From Tubiluchus corallicola (taxonomy: Eukaryota; Animalia; Priapulida), in contig JAQGDQ010001405.1 in assembly GCA_030141605.1 (NCBI GenBank), positions 1 to 42,372 of the forward strand: DNA of 42,372 nucleotides. Direction: 5' to 3'. This document shows positions 11,954 through 24,277 of the stretch, piece after piece. The notes under the pieces are model-generated. The model was not told the origin of the DNA. It made no database searches and was given only the letters and a program-made list of their open reading frames with translations. Position numbers and translations under genes: made by a program. Within the stretch, counting starts at the first letter, position 1. Every line of letters starts with the position of its first letter.

Positions 11954-12264
11954 GAAAAAATGAAGAACCAATGCATGATGAAAGATTTCGTGGATATGGC
12001 TACAACAAGATTCAGCATTTTGTAGAGATGTGTTTTCAAGATTTTGAGTTTCACGTGCTTGATAATGCGTTTGTTGTGCATAAAGGCATCTTGCCAGACT
12101 ATACTACTCACCGTCTTAAGCACGGCAAAACAATTGCACAAAATAGTCGTATTTTTAAGCAGTTTATAAAAGAGATGATCATGATTTATAAATCGAAAAG
12201 TCATCAAAAAAGCTGCACGCGACACAGAAAAAAGAGACGCCGTAGACATTTTGCATCTGAGTAA
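11954..12264 (+). CDS. B4GAT1: B4GAT1-like coding exon 3 of 3 (terminal)
   Basis: Acceptor ttttgcAG (11952-11953), phase 1, restores GKNEEPMHDERFRGYGYNKIQHFVEMCFQDFEFHVLDNAFVVHKG, matching GT49 DERF..YG.N and F.VL...F.VHKG. Stop TAA at 12262-12264. Spliced CDS 870+127+311=1308 nt, 435 aa. Confidence 0.92.
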
Positions 12265-12499
12265 TTTTATAAGTATTGTGTTTCACGTTGGCGCTGTTGG
12301 TGATTTTATTGCTACTTTAGCATCAAGGTTTTTGCAACCTTTTGGAATGTTTCTAAGAAAACCGAAGGACAAATTTTGCTGAAAATACGCCTTTAATATA
12401 AGAAAGACGATGTAAGACATGAACATGTAAAAATGCCAATGCGAAATTGTATGTATACATTGCAATGTTATTCACTTCAAACTGTGAACATGCTTATAC

Positions 12500-12900
12500 A
12501 TATGTCTGATTCTGTTTTAATACCAACCACTAAAAGGGCTGTCGATATATCTGGCAGTTATAAGTATAGTCATGTAGCATTACCAAATGTATTAAGCTTA
12601 AGAATATATTATTGCAAACTGTGAAATGTTGCTCAACACAGAAGATAATCAATTTGGAGTTAAAGCTCACCGTGGTACTAATATGGGTATTTATGTACTG
12701 AAAGAACTAATTAATTGATAAAGGAAATATAATTGTAAAGGGGAATTGCTGTTGTCTAAAAACTAACTGTATCACAGAACCTAAAGTGTTGAAATAAATG
12801 GTACATGGTCTAACTCTGTGTCAGATAAATGTGGTGTACTGCAGGGGTCTATCCTGGGTCCACTGCTATTTCTGATATTTGCGAATAATCTGCCAAACAT
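12500..12900 (+). mobile_element. Decayed LINE reverse transcriptase fragments
   Basis: Peptides LIPTTK..SYKYSHVALPNVLS (IP..K..NYRPI.L), DNQFGVKAHRGT (Q.GF...RST) and NGTWSNSVSDKCGVLQGSILGPLLFLIFANNLP (GVPQGS.LGPLLF..Y.NDL), with internal deletions. Confidence 0.8.
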
Positions 12901-14524
12901 TTCTATTCTTCAGTCAGTTCAAACTGAATGACTTCCTTCTCAGTTCAATAAAACTTTTCCTGCCTGAGTCAAATGATAATAGTAAAATTTAGGGCAAGGA
13001 TCAGGTCCTGGTCCAACAGCTGTGCTTGATGCGCAATCTGTTCGATATGTCCCAACCCTGCATCCAATGTGCTTTGTCAATTGTCACAGTGATGCATGTG
13101 ATGGCTTTGTCATACTCGAGTGCAGCAAAACGTTCAAGTACAAACATAAGGTAACTCAGCTGCTTAGCACTGGGAATAATGAGTAGAGACACCAAATTTT
13201 CCTTCTATCTCTTTCTATTCTTCTATCTAAAGCGCGGTTTGATAAAATCGCATTACACAGCGAAGCCATTACTAGGACAGCTACCAACTGCGTAAACTTT
13301 GCACCTCCAATACGACTTAACAAACATGAAACAGTACATATACTAAACGTTCGTATAAACGGGACTGCTTGACACTGAATTATTAAAAACTTGTCACCAA
13401 AATACATAAGGAAATCAAATTATTCCGCAATGCTTGTGAAAATTAGTCAAACTACAAAACGGAATCTTGCAAGTGACATAATTAGCATTAAATTATGTGG
13501 CAAATTTAAACCAAAGCTGCTACCACTGTGAGGAACCGTAGATAGGGGCACATGATTTAACCACCAATATTCATACTATTAACGTACTATTCCGAGCGGG
13601 TAAGGTCTGAAAATTAGGGGGCGGCGCCAGTAGGCTAGTACGAAGTTTTTTTTCTACTGAAGACTTTATGGATGATAAAAATCATGCAAATTTTTTCGAG
13701 CAAGAGAAATTCTTCTGAGATATTCAGGAGAGCAAATTTCAGAGGAGGAAAAACAAGATGAGAAGAGTGCTATCCTGCTTCCTGAGATTTTGCCTTATCG
13801 ATGGACAAGACAAATGGAAAGCATAACAGCATGATAAAAATTTAGGTCAGAGCTAATGCAGGCTTTTATAATAAAGCAGCATCTGATGCCGGTTTTAATT
13901 ATTGGGCTTGTAATAAACTGTTACTGAGTTAACGGTAAACGTTAAGGAACTGACTTCTTGTTCACCCTCAATCTAACTCCTCATTCTTCGTCACGATTCC
14001 TCATAAATGGGGTTTTTTAAGTTTCCCACCCAAAAATTGTGTTTTAAAGTGCTTATATAGCTCAGAGGATAATATGATATTATAATTCATATTAAAAGTA
14101 TTAACCTTGAAGAAAGTGCGAAGCAATGGTTCTGTCCAAACTGTTTCTATACATGTGAGTTACAAGAGAAATCAGAAAAATAGATTTCGTTGACTTAACT
14201 CAATTTGTAGTAAATAGGAGTAAATACGTTTTGTAGTAAAAGTTTATCTGACCAATGATGTTTTACCTGGCAAAGTATTACACAAGGTACATAGTCAATT
14301 TCTCAAAGCGATTGTATCGTATATATATGCCAGTCCACTTTTTCAAACGTTTTATCTAAACTTGTTTCAAACGATCTACCTTTAAACAAATGATCGGGAA
14401 ACCTGATGCAAGACTATATATTTTTGAATTTGCTAAATCGCAATAAGAAGGCTAAAGTCAATATTCAAGAAACTATATACATAGTTTAGTATTGCATTTT
14501 TGAACTACTGTATCTTTTCTAGAC

Positions 14525-14845
14525 ACTTTGCGGAGCTTTCTTTTCCGACGAATTCTGCCCAAGAAAATATTTTCGGATAACGGTAAACAGTTTTATACTG
14601 CTGACAATTATATGAAATTTCTATGGAGAAATCTGGCTAATGATAAAGGTGTAAATCAGTACTTGATCATGCAGAGAATTGAATGGATATTTGTGCCCGA
14701 ACTCAGTCCATGGCAAGCAGGGTTTTTGAAAGAATGCTAGCCACAGTCAATGCTGCTTGGGCGAAAATTACTAACAGCACAGATAAAGGAAACCCCACTT
14801 TGCGAAGTAGAAGCGCTTGTGAACACTAAACCACTTGCTTGTGTT
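14525..14845 (+). mobile_element. BEL/Pao LTR-retrotransposon integrase remnant
   Basis: LRSFLFRRILPKKIFSDNGKQF..IEWIFVPELSPWQAGF and, downstream, TLCEVEALVNTKPL match BEL/Pao integrase core motifs (SDN.T.F, W.F.P..APW.GG, E.EA..NSRPL). Confidence 0.85.
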
Positions 14846-15514
14846 TGTGGCCTTCATGACGTACAAACATGGCGAACTGGTGTAATACATACAGTATTTA
14901 ATATTTTGTCAAAGTAAAAGAAACTTTGAATTTGCAGTTGAAAAACATTGATGTTCATGGAGAGTTCTTATCTCGAGTGGTTTTCCAGAGTCTCATTATC
15001 AAGGATTAACAGTAAGAAGAGCAACTGAACTGCCGGAGAAGTCTTGTAAACGTAAACATCAAAATGTATTGTATCTATGTAATGGTATATATAGAACGAT
15101 AATTCCATATTAAGGTGAATGAAACTGCCTTGAAAATAAAATCACCCATCCATTCGCTATTCGGCTTTGGTGTACATTCTTCAAATGTTAACACAGGAAA
15201 GAACTTGATTATAAATGGAATTCACAGTAAACTCAAGATGTGAAATACTTGAAAATTTTGAAAACAACCAAACAAATATATTAATTTACTAATTAAGTAC
15301 TTCACTTGCAGCAACTAGCTACTTTTTATCAGTAAACTCTATAAACGGTGTTTTCATGTTGCATTCTGCCAAGAAAAATATACAAACATCACAAACAAAG
15401 TTTAACTGTTTGATAAATTAATGTTATGAAAACCACACACCAGCATCGAACCTATACACAAACTTGAACAATTTCTAAAACAATGAAAATGCAAATGTTA
15501 TAAAACAACTTAAA

Positions 15515-15660
15515 ACAATAGATGCGCAAGTTACAACAAATAAATTATAAATAACTAAGCCTGCAATAATAGATGTTCAAATTATGACAGATAAATTATA
15601 AATCACTAGGCCTACAATAATAGATGCGCAAATTACGACAGACAAGTCTGTAGGCCCTTA
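15515..15660. repeat. 51-bp tandem repeat, about 2.7 diverged copies
   Basis: aatagatg..aatt..gacagataaattataaat..ctaggccta pattern restarts at about 15517, 15568 and 15619. Confidence 0.75.
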
Positions 15661-16119
15661 AAAATAGACGTTATTTGCCCACTGTTTGCTAATTTGTTTC
15701 TGCTTTTCTGACAGATTAAACTTTTTGTGACAGAAAATCTTTGAATGTCGAAATACAGCAATATGGTAAACATTGTAGTCCGTTTGTTTGTTTATTGTTA
15801 TGACATATTTGGCTTAAGCAACATATTTGTTTAGTTCCGTATTTTTTTATTCTTGGCAGATATGGAATGATGTATTGAAAGCGCTTAACGTACAGAAAGC
15901 AATTTTCAGCAGCTGAGAAGAGGTTTATTTTAGAAATTCGTGTTCGTTTCTAATCAGCTTTATCTTCTGCTCAACTTGCTTTCTTTATGCGTGCCGCATT
16001 GTCTGTTTAAAATCCAGGGATAATTTCCAGTAGACTGACTAGCCGCCTATTACAGGATAAAAATCAGTGTTCTCTTGAGAAGATAATGAGCTTAAAACTA
16101 GTTTCTTTCTGGTGTATAG

Positions 16120-16390
16120 GGCATTGAAAAAACACATTAGGATAATTTCCGTGTGGCTGGCTAAGCGCCTATGTTTAAAATTAACGTCAGTCATTCTAGA
16201 GATAAGCATTAGGCAGCTTTATGCGGTATAAACATCTTTGTTGATGCATAGTCAAGGGGATTAACATTTTTGTTGAACAAGCTTTGTCTGAAATTGATCT
16301 GCCATTAAGTAAATTGTACCTGAGCTGAACAGTGAGATGTTATCTGAGAATAAAGCCTTTAGAATCTGAAAGTTTTTCCTGGAGTTCACG
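16120..16390. repeat. Unclassified dispersed repeat; direct copy at about 29785-30040, local partial duplicate at 16440-16535, weaker relative near 27640-27960
   Basis: Shared blocks ggataatttc, cattctagag, taaacatctttgttgatgcatagtcaagg, aagctttgtctgaaattg, cattaagtaaatt and tgaacagtgagatgtt. Confidence 0.8.
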
Positions 16391-19094
16391 TCAGCCTTGA
16401 GAAAGAAATGCTGCTGCTGTTCATAGCTGAAGACATGCGCCTAAGCAGCTTTATGCGGGATAAACATCTTTGTTGGTGCAGAGTCAAGAGGATTAACATT
16501 TGTGATGATGTAGTTAAGAGGATTAACATTCTTGTCGACCTATTGGCGAACAAAACCTGAGTCTGATCTGCCAAGATCTTTTAACAAACTTTTAAAACCC
16601 GAAAAGCTTTTTTCTTGTTTTCCAATCATTCGCAGGAAAGCAATATTACTTTTGTACTTGCAACGAAGAATTTGTTATATCTTACAGACTATAAAATGTA
16701 ATGTAAACAAATAAGTACTTTTTAGGAATAAAGGCAAAGACATACAGGTGAAGAGCAACGTAGCGGAATTTGCAAAGAAACTATAATGCACTAAACTCTT
16801 CAAAGAATCTTGTCTATTTTTTTATCATTTGATTTACCTGTTGAAGGTATAACAGCAGATATCGGACAATGACACGTGGCCCTACAAGTACGAAGTAACT
16901 TATATCAAGTAACGATAATTGATATAATAATAATTGATAACAGAAAAATAATAATTTTCATTCTGCTGCAAAATCCTAAAACACCTTTTTATTATAAGCT
17001 TTCTGTAATCTCAAAGCGAGGCTGAACATTTTCCAGTGGGAACAATAGTGATTTAAAGCGCTGATAATGATAATCCTCTTATTTAAAATAACCCGTGGAA
17101 TTTTCCCAGGGTTTTCACAGGAACTTATGGGATTGCGGGCAATTACTTACCTTGAAGTCATTGTATCTTCTTGGATGGTAAAATTAATGTGTGTATAGAG
17201 TATTTAAATAATAGATACTATACTAGAATTTACGAGGCCGGTTGTTACATAGCGACAATATTATATCAGCTGTTTTGGGCAATTTTTCGCAATTTATTGT
17301 TTAGTGGGAATAGTTGAGTTGTCATCTCACAGTTAAGCAACATCGAGTTTGGACAGTCAGAGGATGAGTGGCTGAGAAGTAGTGTCAAAATATAAATTCT
17401 TAGTTAGGTTAGGTGACACAACCATCGACAAGTAGAAAATACGGAATTAGTAAAAAATCGCGAAACGGGGAAGTTACTTTTAAGTGGTAAAGGGCCGGAT
17501 TTAGGTCCTGGAGTTCCAGGCTAGTCCACGTTCAGGCCCCTCAATATAAGAACGAAAGTTCACAGCAAATAAAAAACCGAATTAAAATGAACGATAAACC
17601 ACATTTCTTAAAAAAAATATGTTAGCTGATGAGTAAAACCTTTGATTCTATTTTTCTCAATTTTAGTGACTGTAAGAATAACTTTGACTACAGTTTTCAG
17701 TTTTTAACACAGGCCATAGAGATATAAAAGTTCTGGTGATCAAATAGTTGCACGGTAAAAATGTTACTGATGAAAATGGCGCAACTGAAAAAATGACGCA
17801 ATTAGAAAAGTAGAAAAAATGACACATATGTTATTTTGATGTTGTTGGTTTCTATAATAAAACTAGAAAGCTAGCAGGAAGGAAGGGAGTAGGAAGCTGA
17901 TTTCTTCCAAAGCGGGACAATTCTAAACTTTTTAGTCTGATTCTTTCGATTAAAGAAAATTAACTAAAAAACGTAAAATTAAAATATCTCTATATTTATT
18001 TTAAATGTTGCCTCTTGTAATGTACATCTAGAGAGGCAATGTACATCTAGCCTTATAATAGGTTTTTATTATACAAGTAAATTGTCCTTCTAAACTTATT
18101 ATTTCTTATAAATTACAAATGTAAGGAATTGGGGATTATAGCCCTTGAACAGTTCTACTCATATTTCAAGAACCATCAGTGGTAGAGAAATTGCTATTAT
18201 GCATCACTTCCGGTCACTCACGACACTCACTTCCTGTTTCTCATTGCACTTGTCATGAGGTGAACCATGCTATGACCTGGTACTCTCTTTACAAATAGGG
18301 TTTCGTCGTATTACTAGTTGTTTACATACATGTAGTCTGTAGCTGGGTTTTCATCTATTGTGAAAAATATGTTCTCTGTGTATCAAATATTTATTATCGA
18401 TCTTTTCCTCTTCTGCGGAAACACCAGTCATAGTCACTTAAGCTATGTTAAATTACACTTACTTTTAGATAGCTTGAGGGACGCTAAAAGGATCTAGCTT
18501 GGGCTACCCTCTCCAAAATGTCAGCAATACTTGAAATGGCCCCAAAGGGGAGCCGAACTTCTAGAAACACAAGAACCTTACTGAAATGCGTACCAAATTA
18601 TTGGTCTTGTCACGCTGAATAAAGAATACATATTTTGACCTATCTTTGACCTTTCGTTGTACTGTACTTATAGTTTTTTGCCTTTTCATCATAACTTACG
18701 GAGAAAATATGAGATTTTGCAGCAAATTGTGTCGCAGAATAAGCAGTAAATGCGCAGCCCTAAGAATAGAGAGAATGGTGGATCATAAACATTTAAATTA
18801 AACAAATTTTAAAATTTTACCAATTTAGGGTATCGTAGCTGAATGAAGTCTCACTGATTAGATATACAGTTCTGTACATTATTCTGTACATTATTTACTA
18901 TTTTTACCAAAAGTGGAAATCTTACAAAAAGCAAATTTTTGTATATTCTTTTATGTACTTTCTGTAAGGGGCAACGTGTGCGAGCAGTCTACACTTTTTT
19001 TAATTGCACTTAGTTCTTGCCGTCTAATAGAAAACTGTTACTTAAAGAAGAAAGTGTGGTAAAGTGAGCAGATGGAGAAACAGAGATGAAGACG

Positions 19095-19101
19095 TGGAAG
19101 A

Positions 19102-19132
<31 letters not shown>

Positions 19133-19192
19133 AAGAGAGAGAGAGAAAGAAAGAGAGACAAAGAGAGAGGGGAGAAACACAGAGAGGGGGGG
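19095..19192. repeat. (GA)n purine microsatellite
   Basis: Directly visible. Confidence 0.95.
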
Positions 19193-19909
19193 GATATTAG
19201 TCCTAAAATTTATTGATTTGCACATATTTCTTATTGTCTGTAGTTTTAAATTATATCATGTAGTAAATGTTTGCTCTTCTACGGCAATTCGGACTGAAAA
19301 AAACAGCAAGTTGCAGCCATTAGCAGGAAATAAGTAGTTGCTCCATCTAGCGGCATACTTGGAAACCAATTATTGATTTCCGCTACAGGTTAAAGTATTG
19401 CGCTCACGAACAACAAAATACCTGCTGTCTTGGATACAAAAAATTATAAAGATATTTCACAAATTTTCCGCAAAACATTTACAGGAATGCTCGGTTAACA
19501 CTTCCCAAAATGTGGAAAAAAGTCGTTGCATTTTTGACCAAAATTTAAACATTTACGATCAGAAAAAAGCGTTGGCGCGACATGTTTTTCATTCTTACAA
19601 ATATTTTCCGTAATGTGAAGAAATTAAGGAGCGATATAAGTTTTGCACGACAAATAACCAGGAGAGGTAACTGGATTGTAAAAGACTTTTTGGGACAACA
19701 TGATTTTGAGAGAAATGCAGTGCAGTGTGACACTGGTGGTGATTCATGCAAGGAGAGTTGATTTTGCTCATAGCAAGTGTCATTAAATTTTGGCGTCAGA
19801 ACATCTAATGTAATCTAATTTGTTGGCAGCATGAAACATTACAAAGTTTTCAAGACAACATATTTGTTCTAATGGTGGGTGAAGAAATTTTGTGGGGCGT
19901 AGAAAATAT

Positions 19910-20808
19910 CTAGTTTGTGACGAACTACACACGTGCAACAGCGCATGCGCGAGCACAGCCGTAAATTTGAAATTTGAATTTCCGTCTTAAAACTTGCCCA
20001 GTTTTAGTGCATCAACACACTGAATATCTTACATAACTGCTGTACTTCAATTTTCGCTTTCGCAAACACTCGTGGAATATTTTTCCAGTTGAAAATTGTG
20101 TTCGTTTATGATTGCATCAACGTTGGGTTCGTCCACTATTAATTAAGTATTTAGTCTATTATTCATTTATCAGAAACGGTTTTGCAGTATCAATTATGTT
20201 AAATGTAAAGTTTTTATCGGACTTGAAATTGGGTATGAAAAATCGTCCTGTTTTACTTTAAACATAAAGTAACAGGAGAAGGCAATACTTTCATTGAAAA
20301 CACTAAAAGCATATTCAAATAGTGCACAAAATGTGTCTTTTCGTTTCTTGATTCCCGTTGTAAGCAAACCAGCAGATATAGCGCCTGTATACGAAACATT
20401 TATATTTAATTCAATTCTATTTATTTGCCTCTTTCTTGTTAGTAATATTAACATATATACGTTTGGTCTAATATTTAATTACAGCTTAGGCGTGGCGATC
20501 AAACGATACGGTCCTCTAGTCTAATCACTCCTATAAATTAAATTAAATACACATTAGTGTTAGTGTTAAAAGAGCAAAAGTGAAAAATAAGTGAAAAAAT
20601 ATACGTAAATTGTAGAAATAAAATAACAAAAATCTTAAGAACATAACCAATAGTATACTTGAGACGTACCTTGAGACGGTAAGTGTAGAGTAGAAATGGC
20701 ACTAAGCAAAAATGGCATAGGTAAAAATGGCACAGGTAAAAATGGCACAGGAGAAATGGCATAATGAAAAAAATTGGGAAAAAGTCACACAACAAAATAT
20801 GAGTTAAG

Positions 20809-20810
<2 letters not shown>
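19910..20810 (+). repeat. About 0.9-kb duplicated block (second copy 30640-31805) containing a possible Helitron 3' end and the left arm of a MITE
   Basis: Both copies start tagtttgtgacgaactacacacgt and run colinearly through ggcgtggcgatcaaacgatacggtcc.ct(a/t)gt and taccttgagacg.taagtgta.agtagaaatg.cactaagc. Confidence 0.85.
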
Positions 20811-20882
<72 letters not shown>

Positions 20883-20908
20883 ATTATTGTTATTATTATT
20901 ATTATTAT
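20810..20908. repeat. (TTA)n microsatellite
   Basis: Directly visible. Confidence 0.95.
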
Positions 20909-21009
20909 ATTTTTATGTATTTTAAGCATTTGTATTTGCCTGATTGCTGTTTGCAGTGAACTGAACTCAATGATGCACGTCGTTCAAACGCGTGATGATG
21001 GTAAAATAG

Positions 21010-21500
21010 AAAATTTTATTGTAAATTATAAATGCAACCAAACTGATGGGCAATTTTATATTAGAATATTTAGAAGATGGCACGATTTATCGATGTAGTA
21101 ACTGCTGGTTTTAAGTGATTCTTTGTTTTTTATATTTCATATAATGTTTTTAATAATTTTTCGCATTTTCGTAGCTCCTTTAACTGTGCGTGGCTGTAAG
21201 ATTTCTTATTTTTTAGGTTAGTGCAGTGTGCTCTGTGACCTGCCATCTAGACAAAACGTGCTGTGTAGAATTACCGTGATCATGCGCAGTTTGCTCTGTG
21301 ACGCCATCAACACGTGTGCAAAATGCGCTGTATGGAATTGCCGTGATTATGCGCAGTGTGCCTGAAAAGAAATTGTACGAAAAGGAAGAGACGAAACTTC
21401 TATTGTTACGTATTTCGTTTTTGCGCTAAGCGGCTACGCTGGCGGCATCAAACGGCGGATGATTAAAAACTTTTCAGACACACACAGATAGAGAGAGAGA
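21010..21500. mobile_element. Internally deleted copy 1 of a modular repeat carrying the ~70-bp minisatellite (probable non-autonomous Helitron/Helentron-type)
   Basis: Core aaattttattgtaaattataaatgcaaccaaa, then about 2 minisatellite units, then tail ttgcgctaagcggctacg..gcggcatcaaacggcggatgattaaaaactttt shared with 24188-24243. The repeat is certain; the class is inferred. Confidence 0.65.
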
Positions 21501-21649
21501 TCCTTCTCTTCCTTTTGTTGAAGGTTCTGCCATTTGTTTCTTGGTCGTTTTACTGAAATGCGATGTGGCGAATTTGGCACATTAAAAATTGCACCCATTA
21601 CGTGCCCTGCAATTAATCTAAAACGTTACGTTTATTACTGCTGAAAGAA

Positions 21650-22052
21650 CATTACGTTTTCCTTTTTTATCTTAACCTGCTTAATCACTGTTATTAATAT
21701 TTTCCCTACAATGTATTCGAGATGCTCAACTAAATTTGTTATTATGATTTTATTAATTCCGTAGTTTTTCTCCAGCGTTTTCGACGAAGTGTTTTATTCT
21801 TTACCCAAGGATTACGTCACAGTCACCCTTAATATTCTTAAAATGGACCGTCAGAACCTGAGAAAACTGTTGAGAAAACAACTATACATCAACTTTAAGA
21901 ACTTTAATGAAAGTGCCCATGTTAGAATATCAGCGAGACTGATCGCTCTTTATTATTATTATTATTATCATTTTTATTATTATTATTATTTTATTATATC
22001 TTTTATGTATTTTTTTTTGTAAACGTTAATAAACGTTTGTAAAAAGCTTGAA
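21650..22052. repeat. Dispersed repeat module, direct copy at about 38295-39002
   Basis: Shared ttttttatcttaac.tgcttaat, ttcgagatgctca, ttattctttacccaaggatt, gaacctgagaaaactgttgagaaaacaactataca and gttaataaacgtttgt.aaaagcttgaa. Confidence 0.85.
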
Positions 22053-22079
22053 TATACAGTAATAGTATAGCAACCAACG

Positions 22080-24277
22080 TCATCTTATTAAGGATTAGAG
22101 TGAAGAATTATTGCAAATATTAACCATTGAGGAAGCAAGAATAGCACAAATCATGCCATTCTAGTGAACAATAGTACAATAGTACAACATGTGTACAAAA
22201 TAATATAGAACATTTTAAAGTACTGTTACGTTACTCTGCCTATAGTTTAGACCAAGAATGATTGGATCAGCAAATTTTATTGTAAATTATAAATGCAACC
22301 AAATGGATGCGCAATTTTATATTTATAGTAGAATATTTAGAAGGTGGCATGATTTATTGAAGTAGTAACTGCTGTTTTTTTAACTGATTCTTTTTTTAAA
22401 TTTCACATAATGTTTTTGTTATATTTTGTTTTATGTTTTACATATTTTCGTAGCAGTTATGACTGTATTATTTCTTAGTTTTTAGGGTAATTTTTAACTA
22501 TTATATGACATTTTTATTTACTGAAATAAACTTAAAATAATAAATAAATAAATTTATGCGCATTAATTCACAGACAAAGTTGCATTCAGTTGATGCAAAT
22601 TCAAATTAAATTTTGATTACTAAAATCGGTAAACAATTTAAAATATTTCAGATCTCTAGCGTGAAAACACAACCTGTTATTTAGATAGCAAAGTTTTGCG
22701 CAAAATTCGCGCTATGCATTACGCATAAACCAGGATTATGCGCAGTGTGCTCTGTAACCAAGGACCTCTATAACTAATGTGGATGTGACACATTAATTTT
22801 GTATCTACGCACTCAGGCCATTGCAAACTATGAGATAAATGATGAAGAACATAGATAGTCTTACTAGTTTAAATGAAAAATTTTAGCATTAGTGCAAACA
22901 AACCAATTTCTGAGTTTAGAAGTGAGTAACACAGGACCTTACATACAGGATAAAAACATTCAAAAATATAGAAAAATAATTGCTTGTACATGCGAGCATT
23001 AAGCTTTATTTCACATCATAACAATCACTTTGGCACCCACTGAAATCTTTTTATGTAACAAACAGAGCAAATTACAAATTTCTATCCAGTTAATCATTTA
23101 TCCAAATTAAATTTTCAAGACCCAATATTCCTGTCTACATGCACTGTCTATTGTCATTCTTGAGAACACAATTCTGATTAAATTTTCTCAGATTGAACTT
23201 TTGCAATTTTTTACAGTATGGAAAGGTTTTGTTATTTTCTGATAATAAACGCTGTCTTGACTTATGAATAATGTCATTTTGAACATTTTTTATATTTTAA
23301 AAATTGTTTTGACAAAAATGAGAATTAGTCTACGCAAAAGGTTTCTGCATAAATGTGTACTTTTGCAGGCACTGCTACTAACGTCCATATGTTCCGACTC
23401 CAGCTTTTCAAGAATCACAGTAGACAGGACCTGCAGGTGGGAACAGTCAGCTGACAAAAATGTTTAAAACTTTCCTGCTTTAGAAGAAATTGTATAATTA
23501 TACATAATACATAATAACATACATACATAATAACTGGCAACAAATGAAAATTCCGTTGAACCGTTTATAGATAGTTACCATCTAGGTCCTTATTTCTTTG
23601 GATAAGGTATTTGCATGATTCTGCAAAATCTTCAGCTTTGCATCTTGAGCACTTGTAACAGGCTCTGATTTTTTAATCCATCTGTACTTTTCTTTAACGT
23701 TTAAGATGTACCAATAATTTCTCACACGTTCCAAAAACTCTGCATCTGTTTCCAATCTGGTTTATCTAGTGAATCAACAGACTTTGTTACAAAATCATCC
23801 TCAACAAAGTGGAGTGAACAAATACTCGACGCTTTTGGTTGGTTGTCAGCCTTCTCGAGGAATTCGTGAAATCCTACCAAAACTAAAAAACATGTAAGAT
23901 AATACATAAACGTAGCATTCAGTAGCCATTTTGTTACGTAAATGTACAGTACCAACTACCGATCGACACTGACCACGAACTTCACGTGACGTAGTCACGT
24001 AGCATGTGTCACGTCCATTTAGTTATAGAGGTCCTTGTTCGTGACGCCATCAAAGCTTGTAGACAAACGCGCTATGTGGAATTACCGTGATCATGCGCAG
24101 TGTGCTCTGTGACGCCATCAAAGCGTGTAGACAAAACGTGCTGTGTGGAATTGCCGCGATCATGCGCAGTGTGCTCTGTTTTCGCTTTTGCGCTAAGCGG
24201 CTACGTTAGCGGCATCAAACGGCGGATGATTAAAAACTTTTCAGCCGCTCAAAGACTGGAATTTTATTTATTAAGAC
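22080..24277. mobile_element. Copy 2 of the modular minisatellite-bearing repeat, split by a nested TIR element at 22759-24037
   Basis: 22080-22758 is colinear with 36720-37430. Minisatellite units resume at about 24040-24180, followed by the shared tail. The minus strand from 24276 reads TCTTAATAAATAAAATTCC, resembling a Helitron 5' TC end. Confidence 0.7.
22759..24037 (-). mobile_element. Non-autonomous P-element-like (THAP) DNA transposon, 1279 bp
   Basis: TIR CAAGGACCTCTATAACTAA (19 bp perfect, about 34 bp imperfect) at both ends. 8-bp flanks tctgtaac and ttcgtgac both resemble the host unit tctgtgac (degenerate TSD). The minus strand gives THAP-like GFHEF..ICSLHFVEDDF (about 23790-23875) and transposase-like YWYILNVK..EPVTSAQDAKLKIL..LSKE. 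Confidence 0.8.

Noticed and set aside
14085-14150. PHD-finger-like tail IHIKSINLEESAKQWFCPNC
   Set aside because: Too short, lacks the upstream cysteines and has no open frame or exon structure; at most a transposon relic.
15850-16010. Minus-strand peptide QLLKIAFCTLSAFNTSFHIC resembling a hAT dimerisation domain
   Set aside because: Weak, stop-containing similarity with no TIRs found; needs an HMM search.
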